Assembly: GCA_964618005.1 (NCBI GenBank)
Contig: CAZTZM010000071.1
Coordinates: 1-49,270 of the forward strand
Length of the DNA: 49,270 nucleotides
Direction: 5' to 3'
Source of the DNA: an uncultured Myxococcales bacterium
Lineage (GTDB): Bacteria; Myxococcota_A; Polyangia; Fen-1088
Position 1 is the stretch's first letter; every line of letters begins with the position of its first letter. Under the pieces are notes generated by a model. It worked only from the letters and a program-made list of their open reading frames with translations, made no database searches and was not told where the DNA came from. Below, in pieces: positions 1-8,635 of the stretch. The position numbers and the translations under genes were made by a program.

Positions 1-2
1 CG

Positions 3-728
3 GGAGGAGAGGGGACGGGCGGCGCCGTCGGCACTGGCGGAACCACGTCGATAGGTGGCCAGCGCGGCGATGGCGGCAGTGCCACCGGCGGCCAGGTCGG
101 CACCGGCGGAAGCGGGACCGGCGGGCAGGTCGGCGCAGGAGGTGAAACCGGCGGCCAGACCGGGACGGGCGGCAGCGCCACGGGCGGGCAGGTCGGCACC
201 GGCGGAAGCGGGACCGGCGGGCAGGTCGGCGCAGGAGGTGAAGCCGGCGGCCAGACCGGGACGGGCGGCAGCGCCACGGGCGGGCGGATCGGCACCGGCG
301 GAAGCGCCACTGGCGGCCAAACCGGGATGGGCGGCGACGAAGGCACGGGGGGGAGCGCCACTGGCGGGCAGACCGGAACTGGCGGCAGCAAAGGAACCGG
401 CGGCGAGACCTGCCAACAGCTCGCCATGGATTACGTCAACGCACTCCCGGCGGCGAAGGACTGCACCTACGGCGTGACCGGCCAATGCCAGCATCTGGTC
501 GCGAGCTCGCTGACCTGCGGCTGCCAAGTGTACGTCAACGACGCCACCACGCTCAACGCGATCAAGGCGCAGTACACGAGCCAGGGATGCGGGGGCTCTA
601 TCTGCAACATCGCCTGCGTGGCCGGACCGGCGAGTTGCACGCTTCCCGTCGCGACGCCACGGGGCGCGGGAGGCGCTGGCACCCCGGGCGGGACGGTGGC
701 CGTGCTCGGAACGTGCACGTCGAACTGA
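3..728 (+). CDS. Secreted Gly/Thr-rich repeat protein with Cys-rich C-terminal domain (5' partial, runs off the window start)
   Basis: Frame 3 is open from nt 3. It translates as GGEGTGGAVGTGGTTS... with GGxxGTGG-type repeats and continues into track ORF 327..728. The C-terminus carries 10 Cys (ETCQQLAMDYV...DCTYGVTGQC...TCGCQVYV...GCGGSICNIACVAGPASC...GTCTSN). Stop TGA at 726-728. Confidence 0.6.
   Translation, partial: GGEGTGGAVGTGGTTSIGGQRGDGGSATGGQVGTGGSGTGGQVGAGGETGGQTGTGGSATGGQVGTGGSGTGGQVGAGGEAGGQTGTGGSATGGRIGTGGSATGGQTGMGGDEGTGGSATGGQTGTGGSKGTGGETCQQLAMDYVNALPAAKDCTYGVTGQCQHLVASSLTCGCQVYVNDATTLNAIKAQYTSQGCGGSICNIACVAGPASCTLPVATPRGAGGAGTPGGTVAVLGTCTSN
82..306. repeat. In-frame 96-nt tandem repeat, two near-identical copies plus a diverging third
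   Basis: Copy 1 (82-177) and copy 2 (178-273) differ at 3 of 96 positions by hand alignment. A third copy starts at 274 and diverges after about 33 nt. The 32-aa periodicity is visible in every frame of the ORF track. Confidence 0.9.
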
Positions 729-758
729 CGTCCGCACCCAGAAGCGGGGCTGCTTCAC

Positions 759-960
759 CACTCGGACAGGGCAGCACCTACGCGAGCGACGAATACCAGA
801 ACGTTCACAGGGCGAACGAGTCGACAGCTACGCCAGCGCCAAGGAGGACCTCCTCGATTACATCGAAGTCTTCTACGACCAGCAGCGCAGGCGCTCGTCG
901 CTGGACTGCGTCAGCCCGGCCGAGTACGAAAAGAATAGTCGGGCAGCACTGGCAGCGTAA
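759..960 (+). pseudogene. IS3-family transposase (OrfB/integrase core) relic, frameshifted and internally deleted
   Basis: Nt 820-960 translate as VDSYASAKEDLLDYIEVFYDQQRRRSSLDCVSPAEYEKNSRAALAA*, matching the conserved IS3 OrfB C-terminus (YIE.FYN..RRHS.L.Y.SP..FE). Nt 759-815 read HSDR then, in the +1 frame, GSTYASDEYQNV, resembling the HSD.GS.Y catalytic-Asp motif. Roughly 100 codons between the two motifs and the whole N-terminus are missing. Confidence 0.6.
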
Positions 961-1158
961 CCACCCTGTCTATGGGATCGGATCGAGCCCATGGGCACCC
1001 ATCAGAAGGAAAAAGGGACGCTGATCGGGTGCAGGCTGGATGGTTCTCGTCAGGGACGCTCCTCGGCAACGTCTTCGTTACAATTTGCCGACAAGACGGC
1101 ATTCACTGGTCTTCATTGAACCGCGACGCCGGCAAGGGCGCTACCTTCCCCTCCGTCG

Positions 1159-1839
1159 ATGAACGAGCCAACCGACAGGGAGTTTGCGCAGGAGCTGAGG
1201 ACGCTGAAAGAGCGCCTTTCGACGATGGCGGCGCGGGCGGCCGAGCAGATCGCTCTCGCCATGGAGTCGTTGACGACCCAGAACGACGCTCTCGCGCGTC
1301 AGGTGATCGACGCCGATCAGCTCATCGACAGCGACGAGAACGAGATCGACAAGCTCGCGATGCACATCCTCATGACGCGCCACCCGGTCGCCTCCGACCT
1401 TCGCTTCGTCACCATGGCGCTGAAGATCGTGGTCGACGTCGAGAGAATGGGCGACCTGGCGGCGGGCATCGCCAAGCGCGCCCTCGAGCTCAACCGTCTG
1501 TCGACGCTGGACTGGCGCGGCGACCTCAACCGGCTGGCCACCCTGGTCCAAAAGAATCTACACCTGGCCATCGAGAGCTTTGTGCGGGGCAACCTCGACG
1601 AGGCCAACGCCGTCATCAGGGCGGACGTCGAGATCGATAGCCTGAACGCCAGCCTGTTCGCCGAATTGATCGCCAACGTCGCCGCCGACCCGGCCACCGT
1701 CACCCGCGTCCTTCCTCTGACGTCGGTCAGTCGCTACCTCGAACGAATCGGCGACCACGTCAAGAACCTGGCCGAGGAGGTCATCTTCATGGTGTCGGCT
1801 GCCGACGTGCGACACCGCGTGCCCATCGCCGCCAACTGA
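1159..1839 (+). CDS. phoU: Phosphate signalling complex protein PhoU
   Basis: 226 aa with the two-repeat PhoU architecture (DENEIDKLAMHILMTRHPVASDLRFV...VERMGD and a second half ending SRYLERIGDHVKNLAEEV). Lies directly upstream of pstSCAB. Confidence 0.93.
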   Translation: MNEPTDREFAQELRTLKERLSTMAARAAEQIALAMESLTTQNDALARQVIDADQLIDSDENEIDKLAMHILMTRHPVASDLRFVTMALKIVVDVERMGDLAAGIAKRALELNRLSTLDWRGDLNRLATLVQKNLHLAIESFVRGNLDEANAVIRADVEIDSLNASLFAELIANVAADPATVTRVLPLTSVSRYLERIGDHVKNLAEEVIFMVSAADVRHRVPIAAN

Positions 1840-1894
1840 TGCCATCACTTTGCCAACCTGAAACCGAATCCCACCGACCCCAGGAGCTCCGCCG

Positions 1895-2956
1895 ATGATC
1901 AAGACCGCCGCTCGCTTTTCCGCGCTCTTCCTGGGCGCGCTCGCCGCGTTCGGATGTCAGAAGAAGAGTGAAGCACCGTCCCCATCCCCGTCCGCTTCCG
2001 TAGCGCGCGTCACCCTCAACGGCAGTGGCTCCACCCTCTCGAAGCCTTTCCAGGAAGCCGCGATCGAGCAGTTCAAGAAGACGCACGGTGGCATCACGGT
2101 CAACTACGGCGGCGGCGGCAGCGGCAAAGGCCGGCAGGATCTCTCCGACATGGTCGTCGATTTCGCCGGGTCCGACTCCCCATTCAAGGATGCGGACGCG
2201 GCCAAGGTCAAGGGCGGTCCGATCCTCTACGTTCCGATCCTTCTGGCCCCCATCGCAGTGATCTACAACCTGGACGGGGTGGAGAAGCTGCAGCTCTCCG
2301 CGCCGACCATCGCCAAGATCTTCCAGCGCGAGATCACCAAGTGGAACGACAAGGCGATCGCCGCCGACAACCCCGGCGTTAAGCTGCCCGCCACCGAGAT
2401 CGTGGTCGCCCATCGCGCCGACGGATCGGGCACCACGCAGAATTTCACCGAATACCTCAACGGCGCGGCCAAGGGCGTTTGGAAGCTCAAGAGCGGCTCG
2501 ACCGTCGAGTGGCCGAGCGACACGCAGGCGGGACAGGGCAACTCCGGCGTCGCGCAGATCGTGAAGTCGACCAAGGGCGCCATCGGCTATGCCGATCTCT
2601 CGGACGCCAAGGCCTCCGGTCTCGAGTACGCGCGCATCGAGAACCAGGCCGGCAAGTACGTCGAGGCGACCGTGGCCGGCGCCTCGGCGGCGGGCGACGG
2701 GATCGAGGTCAAGGAGAGCCTTCTCTTCAGCGCGCTCGACGCGAAGGGCGACCAAGCCTATCCGATCACCGCCCAGACCTGGATCATCGTCTACGCGAAC
2801 CAGCCCGACAGGGCCAAAGGGGAAGCGCTCAAGGCTTACCTCACGTTTCTGGTCAAGGACGGCCAGAGCCTGCTCGGCGACATCGACTATGCGCCCCTGC
2901 CCAAAGGACTGCAGGACAAGGCCCTCAAGCAGGTCGACAACCTCAAGCTGCCCTGA
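1895..2956 (+). CDS. pstS: Phosphate ABC transporter substrate-binding lipoprotein PstS
   Basis: Lipobox LAAFGC, then NGSGSTL...GGGGSGKGRQDL...VDFAGSDSP and GTTQNFTEYL, typical of PstS. Operon context supports the call. Confidence 0.93.
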   Translation: MIKTAARFSALFLGALAAFGCQKKSEAPSPSPSASVARVTLNGSGSTLSKPFQEAAIEQFKKTHGGITVNYGGGGSGKGRQDLSDMVVDFAGSDSPFKDADAAKVKGGPILYVPILLAPIAVIYNLDGVEKLQLSAPTIAKIFQREITKWNDKAIAADNPGVKLPATEIVVAHRADGSGTTQNFTEYLNGAAKGVWKLKSGSTVEWPSDTQAGQGNSGVAQIVKSTKGAIGYADLSDAKASGLEYARIENQAGKYVEATVAGASAAGDGIEVKESLLFSALDAKGDQAYPITAQTWIIVYANQPDRAKGEALKAYLTFLVKDGQSLLGDIDYAPLPKGLQDKALKQVDNLKLP

Positions 2957-2964
2957 GCGAGGCG

Positions 2965-3834
2965 ATGATCGACTTACAAGGAAAACCCAACTACAGGGAC
3001 CGCGCCTTCGCCAAGATCACGGCCGGCGCGGCCGGCGCCGTTCTGTTGATCCTGGGGCTCATCGCGCTCACCATCACCCGGCGATCGCTGCCGGTGTTTC
3101 GGGAGATGGGGCTCGCGTTTTTCACCTCGACGCGCTGGTCGCCGCCTGATGGTCTGTTCGGGGCGCTCCCCTTCATCTGGGGCACGGCCTTCACCGCGAC
3201 CATCGCCATCGTGCTGGCGGTGCCCATCAGCTTGGGGGTGGCGCTGTTCATGACGCAGGTGGCACCTCCCCGGCTGGCGAGGCCCCTCGTTTACCTCGTC
3301 GACCTCCTGGCCGGGGTGCCCTCGGTCGTGTTCGGCCTGTGGGGCGTCCTGGTGCTCTCGCAGTATTTCGACCTCGGACGTTCGTTCCTGACCGCGGGCA
3401 TCATCCTGGCGATCATGATCATTCCGATCATCACCTCGCTCTCTCGCGAGGTGATCGAGACGACGCCAAAGGGGGACAAAGAGGGGGCGTTGGCGCTGGG
3501 GACCACGCGGTGGGAGATGATCAGCGCGACGGTCCTCCCCCACAGCGCCGGTGGACTGGTGGGCGCCGTGATGCTCGGCCTCGGACGCGCGATGGGGGAG
3601 ACCATCGCCGCCGCGCTCGTCATCGGCTCGGCCCTCGGTCAAATCACGCTGCGTCCCCTGGCGCCAGGCAATTCGATGCCCGCGGTGATCGCCAACGAGT
3701 GGGGGGAGGCCCAGACGCTTCACAAATCGGCGCTCATCGCGCTGGCGGTGACGCTGTTCGCGATCACCATCCTGGTCAATTTGTTCGCGACGGCGATCGT
3801 CCAGCGCTCGATGAGACGGGGACGGGGGACGTGA
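2965..3834 (+). CDS. pstC: Phosphate ABC transporter permease PstC
   Basis: In-frame ATG at 2965, 9 nt after the pstS stop. The upstream part of track ORF 2479..3834 overlaps pstS out of frame. Polytopic permease with the EAA-like loop (ETTPKGDKEGALALGTTRWEM). Confidence 0.9.
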   Translation: MIDLQGKPNYRDRAFAKITAGAAGAVLLILGLIALTITRRSLPVFREMGLAFFTSTRWSPPDGLFGALPFIWGTAFTATIAIVLAVPISLGVALFMTQVAPPRLARPLVYLVDLLAGVPSVVFGLWGVLVLSQYFDLGRSFLTAGIILAIMIIPIITSLSREVIETTPKGDKEGALALGTTRWEMISATVLPHSAGGLVGAVMLGLGRAMGETIAAALVIGSALGQITLRPLAPGNSMPAVIANEWGEAQTLHKSALIALAVTLFAITILVNLFATAIVQRSMRRGRGT

Positions 3835-4736
3835 CGACCGGGGAGCTGGTCGAGGCGACCGTCGTTCCGCCCGACCTCCGCGCAAAGCGAAGCTGGCGAG
3901 CGACCAAGAGCGCGGCCATGACCGGGCTCATGATCGCCTCGGTGGTCGCCGTGGTCCTCCCGCTGGTCGCGGTGTTGTGGGCGGTCTTTTCGCGCGGTCT
4001 TCGCGTCGCCCTCCACGGCTTCCCCGCCTTCTTCATCGACGAGATCCCGGTGGTCGCGCGGAGGCCGGGGCCGGGGATGGGGCCCGCCATCCTCGGGACG
4101 CTGCTCTCCACCGGAGCCGCGACGTTGATTGCGCTGCCGCTCGGTGTCGCCGGAGCCGTCTACCTTCACGAGTACGGCCGCACGAACCGCTTCTCCCGGC
4201 TGGTGCGATTCATGTCGAACGTCATGACCGGCGTGCCGTCGATCGTGATGGGGTTGTTCATCTACGTCACCTGGACGCTCAGGTTCGGTTACTCCGCATT
4301 GGGCGGCGCACTGGCGCTCGCCTGCCTCATGCTCCCGGTCGTCATCGGCGCCACCGAGCAGATGCTCAAGCTGGTGCCCGATCACCTGCGCGAGGCCTCG
4401 TACGCGGTGGGGACCTCGAAGAGCCGGACGATCATGACCGTGGTGCTCCCCGCGGCGGCTCCCGGCATCGTCTCGGGCGCGCTGCTCGCGGTTGCGCGCG
4501 CCGCCGGCGAGACCGCGCCCCTGCTGTTCGCGGTGGGCGCGGCGACGGCGTACAACCCGAACCTCTTCGTGGAGGCGAACACCGCGCTCTCCCTCCAGAT
4601 TTTCGGCAACGCGACCTCCTCGTTCGTCGGGGCCCAGGACCGCGCCTGGGGAGCCGCCTTGACCCTGGTCTTGCTGACGTTCCTCGTCACGTTGATCGCG
4701 CGATTCGTGACCGCGCGCTTTGCTCGCAGGAGGTAG
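3831..4736 (+). CDS. pstA: Phosphate ABC transporter permease PstA
   Basis: GTG at 3831 overlaps the pstC stop (GTGA at 3831-3834). Permease with REASYAVGTSKSRTIMTVVLP and a GETAPLLF motif. The start is less certain than the stop. Confidence 0.85.
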   Translation: MTTGELVEATVVPPDLRAKRSWRATKSAAMTGLMIASVVAVVLPLVAVLWAVFSRGLRVALHGFPAFFIDEIPVVARRPGPGMGPAILGTLLSTGAATLIALPLGVAGAVYLHEYGRTNRFSRLVRFMSNVMTGVPSIVMGLFIYVTWTLRFGYSALGGALALACLMLPVVIGATEQMLKLVPDHLREASYAVGTSKSRTIMTVVLPAAAPGIVSGALLAVARAAGETAPLLFAVGAATAYNPNLFVEANTALSLQIFGNATSSFVGAQDRAWGAALTLVLLTFLVTLIARFVTARFARRR

Positions 4737-4742
4737 CACCCG

Positions 4743-5645
4743 ATGGCCCCGCAAGACCTCGTCAAGGGATCCAACGTCGAACCGCCGGCGATCACGCTCG
4801 CTGCGCCACCCCGGCCCGCGCCCACCGCGGAGCGCCCGGAGAAGGGGGCTGGCTCGGGGGCCAGCGTGATCTTCGATCTCGAGAAGCTCGAAGTCTTCTA
4901 TGGCAGCTTCCGGGCCGTTCGCGAGGTCACGATGCAGATCTTCAAGAATGAGATCACGGCCTTCATCGGCCCGTCCGGCTGCGGAAAGACCACCGTCCTG
5001 CGCTCCTTCAACCGCATGCACGACGTGACCCCGGGCGCGCGCGTCGCCGGCGCGCTCCGCTACCACACGGCCGATCTCTACGGCCCGCACGTTTCGGCGA
5101 CCGAGGTTCGGCGTCGCATCGGGATGGTCTTCCAGAAGCCGAATCCGTTTCCCAAGAGCATCTATGAGAACGTGGCCTTCGGACTTCGATCGAAGGGGCT
5201 GCGGTCCAAAGGCGAGGTCGACGGCATCGTCGAGAAGTCGCTGCGGAGCGCGGCGCTGTGGGACGAGGTCAAGGACCGCCTCCGGGCCTCCGCCCTGGGC
5301 CTCTCGGGCGGCCAGCAGCAGCGGCTCTGCATCGCGCGCACGATTGCGGTCGGGCCCGAGGTCGTCCTCATGGACGAGCCGTGCAGCGCGCTCGATCCGG
5401 TCGCCACCGCGCGAATCGAGGAGCTGATGCGCGATCTCAAGAGCAACTTCACGATCGTGATCGTGACCCACAACATGCAACAGGCGGCACGCGTCAGTGA
5501 TCGCACCGCCTTCTTCACCACGGAGGTCGACGCCGAGTTCGGACTTCGGACCGGTACGCTCGTCGAGTACGACGACACGAACAAGATCTTCTCCAACCCA
5601 CTCGACGAACGAACCGAGAACTACATCACCGGCCGATTTGGCTGA
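4743..5645 (+). CDS. pstB: Phosphate ABC transporter ATP-binding protein PstB (with ~40-aa Pro/Ala-rich N-terminal extension)
   Basis: Walker [10 protein letters not shown], signature [13 protein letters not shown], Walker [19 protein letters not shown] at 4727-4732 sits 10 nt before ATG 4743. An alternative in-frame GTG at 4866 would give a canonical-length protein. Confidence 0.93.
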   Translation: MAPQDLVKGSNVEPPAITLAAPPRPAPTAERPEKGAGSGASVIFDLEKLEVFYGSFRAVREVTMQIFKNEITAFIGPSGCGKTTVLRSFNRMHDVTPGARVAGALRYHTADLYGPHVSATEVRRRIGMVFQKPNPFPKSIYENVAFGLRSKGLRSKGEVDGIVEKSLRSAALWDEVKDRLRASALGLSGGQQQRLCIARTIAVGPEVVLMDEPCSALDPVATARIEELMRDLKSNFTIVIVTHNMQQAARVSDRTAFFTTEVDAEFGLRTGTLVEYDDTNKIFSNPLDERTENYITGRFG

Positions 5646-5752
5646 GCCGGCCCGGTAGGCCGGGCTTGCCCGGACGCGACCGGAGCCCCCGACCCGCGCC
5701 GGGGGGTACAGGGCATTGGCATGGGGGAGTCGCTGAGGGAGCCTCGTCGGGC

Positions 5753-7132
5753 TCAAGGTCCGACGGTCGCGTGTCTAACGCCGTCGTCGGGGGCCTCGAG
5801 AGGCAGGGTCAAAACGAACGACGAGCCGCGACCGGGCGCGCTCTCGACCGCGACGCGGCCGTGATGCGCGAGGGCGATCGCCTTGACCAGGCTGAGACCG
5901 AGGCCGAGGCCCCGTTCAGCGCGGCTCGGGTCCACGCGAAACAGCCGGTCCCAGATGCGGGAGATCGCCTCGGCGGGAATCCCTCGGCCAGTGTCGCGCA
6001 CGCGAATCTCTGCCCCGCCGACGTCCGTGACCACGTCAATCTCGACGCGACCTCCACGCGGCGTGTACTTGATGGCGTTGTCCACCAGGTTCGCCAAGGC
6101 CTGGCGTATCCGGGTCTCGTCGGCCGTCGTCGTCACCGGTCTACCCGGCATCCAGGACAGCGTCACGCCGGACTCGTCGGCCACCTGCTCATACAGGTCC
6201 ACGGTCCCGCGCGCGAGCGCGCGCAGCTCGACGGGACCGAGGTTCAACTTCATGATCCCGGCCTCGGCCTCGGAGATGTCCATCAAGGTGCGCAGCATGA
6301 CGAGCGCGCGATCCGATTCCTCTATGCAGTCCGCCAGCGCTTCTGACGCCTGGGTGGGATCGTCGGCACCGAGGGCCACCTCGGCGATCCCTCGCAACCT
6401 CGTCAAGGGCGTGCGGAGATCGTGGGCGACGTTGTCCAGCGCCTCGCGCATGTTGCGGACCAGCGCCTGGTTGCTCTCCAGCATGCGATTGACCAGCGAC
6501 GTCAGCTCGCCGAGCTCGCCGCCGCCCCGTATCTCGACCCGACGGGAGAGATCACCCGACTGGATCACGGCGCGCGCCGTGGAAGCCAGCGCCCCGACAG
6601 GCCGCAGGGCGCGTCGAGTCAGGGCTGCGCCGCCGGCGATCCCGATGAGGAGGCAGCCAATCAACACTGATAGAACGGCGGCGGTGACCGGGGGGCCGAG
6701 CCGCGTCCAGGGGTTCGTGGCGGACGCAACCTCGAGCCGCAGGTCGCTGGTAATAGAGGTCGACAGGCGGACCGCGGCATTCTCGACGACGCCGTGTTGG
6801 TAGAGCGTGTGGCCGGCGCCGTCCTCCACCCGCACGAGGTTGTGCTCGCCTTCGAGCTGGGTCGCGCTTTCGACCGCCTCCTCGAACTTCGGCAGTCCGA
6901 CCCGCCCGAGCACCTCGCCGTGGCGTTCGAGCCGCTCGTGGACGACGACGTCATCCGAGCGGAAGACGGCGCGGCGGACGGTGTAGAGCGCCAGGGCGCC
7001 CAGGATGGTCAAGCCGAAGAGGAGAGTGCCCGCGTACCAGGCGGTGAGGCGGAACGTGATCGACCGGAACGGCGACCGCGGAGACGCCGACGGCGAGGAT
7101 GGTTCCGACAATTCATTTCTTGCGGAGGACAT
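5753..7132 (-). CDS. Two-TM HAMP sensor histidine kinase
   Basis: H-box HDLRTPLTRL and ATPase boxes (NLVDNAIKYTP, DTGRGIP, GLGLGLSLV). Two TM segments flank a periplasmic loop. Overlaps the upstream regulator gene by 20 nt. Confidence 0.9.
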   Translation of the reverse strand: MSSARNELSEPSSPSASPRSPFRSITFRLTAWYAGTLLFGLTILGALALYTVRRAVFRSDDVVVHERLERHGEVLGRVGLPKFEEAVESATQLEGEHNLVRVEDGAGHTLYQHGVVENAAVRLSTSITSDLRLEVASATNPWTRLGPPVTAAVLSVLIGCLLIGIAGGAALTRRALRPVGALASTARAVIQSGDLSRRVEIRGGGELGELTSLVNRMLESNQALVRNMREALDNVAHDLRTPLTRLRGIAEVALGADDPTQASEALADCIEESDRALVMLRTLMDISEAEAGIMKLNLGPVELRALARGTVDLYEQVADESGVTLSWMPGRPVTTTADETRIRQALANLVDNAIKYTPRGGRVEIDVVTDVGGAEIRVRDTGRGIPAEAISRIWDRLFRVDPSRAERGLGLGLSLVKAIALAHHGRVAVESAPGRGSSFVLTLPLEAPDDGVRHATVGP

Positions 7133-7790
7133 ACCCGACCCCCCGCAGAGTCTGAATGAGCTTGGCGGGAAAATCGCGATCGATCTTGTTGCGCAGCCGG
7201 CAGACCAAAACGTCGACCACGTTGGTCTGCGGATCGAAAGAGTAGTCCCACAGGCGCTGGAGGATCATGGTCTTGCTGAGCACCCGCTCTGGGTTGCGCA
7301 GGAAGAACTCCAACAGCGCCAGCTCCTTGGCCTGCAGCGACAGGGATCTGCCGTCGCGGGTGACCTGGCGCGTGAGAAGATCCAGGGTGACGCCGGCGTA
7401 TGAGAGGCGCGTCTCCCCCGCGCCGGCGGCTGTCGCGCGGCGCGCCAGCGCGTTCAGGCGGGCCACCAGCTCGGCGAACGAGAACGGCTTGGTCAGGTAG
7501 TCGTCGGCTCCGGCTTCCAGCCCCTCCACCCGGTCATCCACGGCGTCGCGCGCCGACAAGATGATGATGGGCGTCGCATTTCGTTTCCGGCGGACGGCGC
7601 TGATCAGATCCAGGCCGCCCAGGCCCGGAAGCATGATGTCCACGATGGCGACGTCGTAGGGGTTGCCTTCGAAGCTGGCGAGCCCCTCGTTGCCGTCGCG
7701 CATCCAGTCCACCGCGTGCCCTTCCTGTCGCAGCCCCCTTTCGACGAAGGCGCCGATCTTTTGATCATCCTCGACCAGGAGCAACCGCAT
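7113..7790 (-). CDS. OmpR-family response regulator (CusR/CopR-like subfamily signature)
   Basis: Receiver MRLLLVEDDQ...VAIVDIMLPG...TKPF. Winged-helix output domain with WDYSFDPQTNVVDVLVCRLRNKID, the FD..TNV.DV..RLR.KID pattern I associate with CusR/CopR-type rather than PhoB-type regulators. Confidence 0.92.
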   Translation of the reverse strand: MRLLLVEDDQKIGAFVERGLRQEGHAVDWMRDGNEGLASFEGNPYDVAIVDIMLPGLGGLDLISAVRRKRNATPIIILSARDAVDDRVEGLEAGADDYLTKPFSFAELVARLNALARRATAAGAGETRLSYAGVTLDLLTRQVTRDGRSLSLQAKELALLEFFLRNPERVLSKTMILQRLWDYSFDPQTNVVDVLVCRLRNKIDRDFPAKLIQTLRGVGYVLRKK

Positions 7791-7816
7791 GCGACATCAC
7801 AGTGTACGCCCGCGAT

Positions 7817-8635
7817 TCAAGAGCGCTTCCCGGTCGACGGCAGAATCATCTCCACGCCTTTCTCCGGCACCCAGCCGCGGCCCTCCGGGCAGGCGATGAG
7901 GGCGTAGTGGTCGTACGTGCGCTCGACGGTGACGGCCGCCCCTTCAGGCACCGTGAAGGCCTGCTCCGCCTTTTCGAACGGGGCGATCCGCGCGGCCGTA
8001 TCGGGCGCGATGACGATCGCGCGGTCCGGGGGGGGCGTCACCTCCGCCGCGCTCAGGAAACCGACGCTCGCCATCCCGAGACCGCCCAACGTCAGCGCCA
8101 GGAAGCCGCCGCGCCGGATGAGTCCCCAGGAAAGGGCGACCAGGCCGGCGCCCGCGAGGATGAGCCCGATCATTCCGAGCCAGCCCCACTCATCCGCGTC
8201 GAGACGCCTCGCGACGCGCATCGCCCCCGACGCGTCGTCAGCCGGAAGGCCCGCCATCGACTCGGCTCGAGCCAGCCCCGTCGTGACGGCCGGGGCGCGC
8301 GGCGCCAACAGGCGCGCGCGCCGGTAGCTGAGGATGGCGAGCCCGGGATGCCCGGCGGCGAGATCGGCCTCCGCTCGCGCGACCAAGCCTCTGGCCGAGA
8401 AGCCCTGGGCGGTGTTGTTTGGTGCGGCGGCCCGTTCGAGGCCCGTCGGTGTGGCGGCAGGCGATGCGGCCTCGCCGGCGCGGGCGATCTGGCCGCCGAG
8501 CGTCAGGAGGAGGGCCGCGAGCGCCGCCATCAGCGGACGAGAGGCGCGCGAGCGGCGACGACGTCCCGGCGGGAGCCGAGACCCCCCGGTCGCGAGGTCC
8601 GTCTTCGAGAGGGAAAGCTGCGGATGCGTGATCAT
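7817..8635 (-). CDS. BatE-like membrane protein (TPR-like N-terminal part, C-terminal bacterial SH3 domain)
   Basis: ATG at 8635 overlaps the batD stop (ATGA at 8632-8635). Signal/TM segment LMAALAALLLTLGG, two central TM segments, C-terminal SH3b-like FTVPEGAAVTVERTYDHYALIACPEGRGWVPEKGVEMI. Last gene of the Bat-type operon. Confidence 0.7.
   Translation of the reverse strand: MITHPQLSLSKTDLATGGSRLPPGRRRRSRASRPLMAALAALLLTLGGQIARAGEAASPAATPTGLERAAAPNNTAQGFSARGLVARAEADLAAGHPGLAILSYRRARLLAPRAPAVTTGLARAESMAGLPADDASGAMRVARRLDADEWGWLGMIGLILAGAGLVALSWGLIRRGGFLALTLGGLGMASVGFLSAAEVTPPPDRAIVIAPDTAARIAPFEKAEQAFTVPEGAAVTVERTYDHYALIACPEGRGWVPEKGVEMILPSTGKRS

Noticed and set aside
82-306. Tandem repeats (also 10803..10901) as possible CRISPR or other non-coding arrays
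   Set aside because: Both arrays lie in frame inside coding regions, have no unique spacers between the units, and there are no cas genes.
5753-7790. Calling the two-component system next to the pst operon PhoR/PhoB
   Set aside because: The regulator carries the FD..TNVVDV..RLR.KID pattern typical of CusR/CopR-like proteins rather than PhoB. The pair is convergent to pst and contiguous with the Bat operon. Adjacency alone is not enough to assign it to phosphate control.
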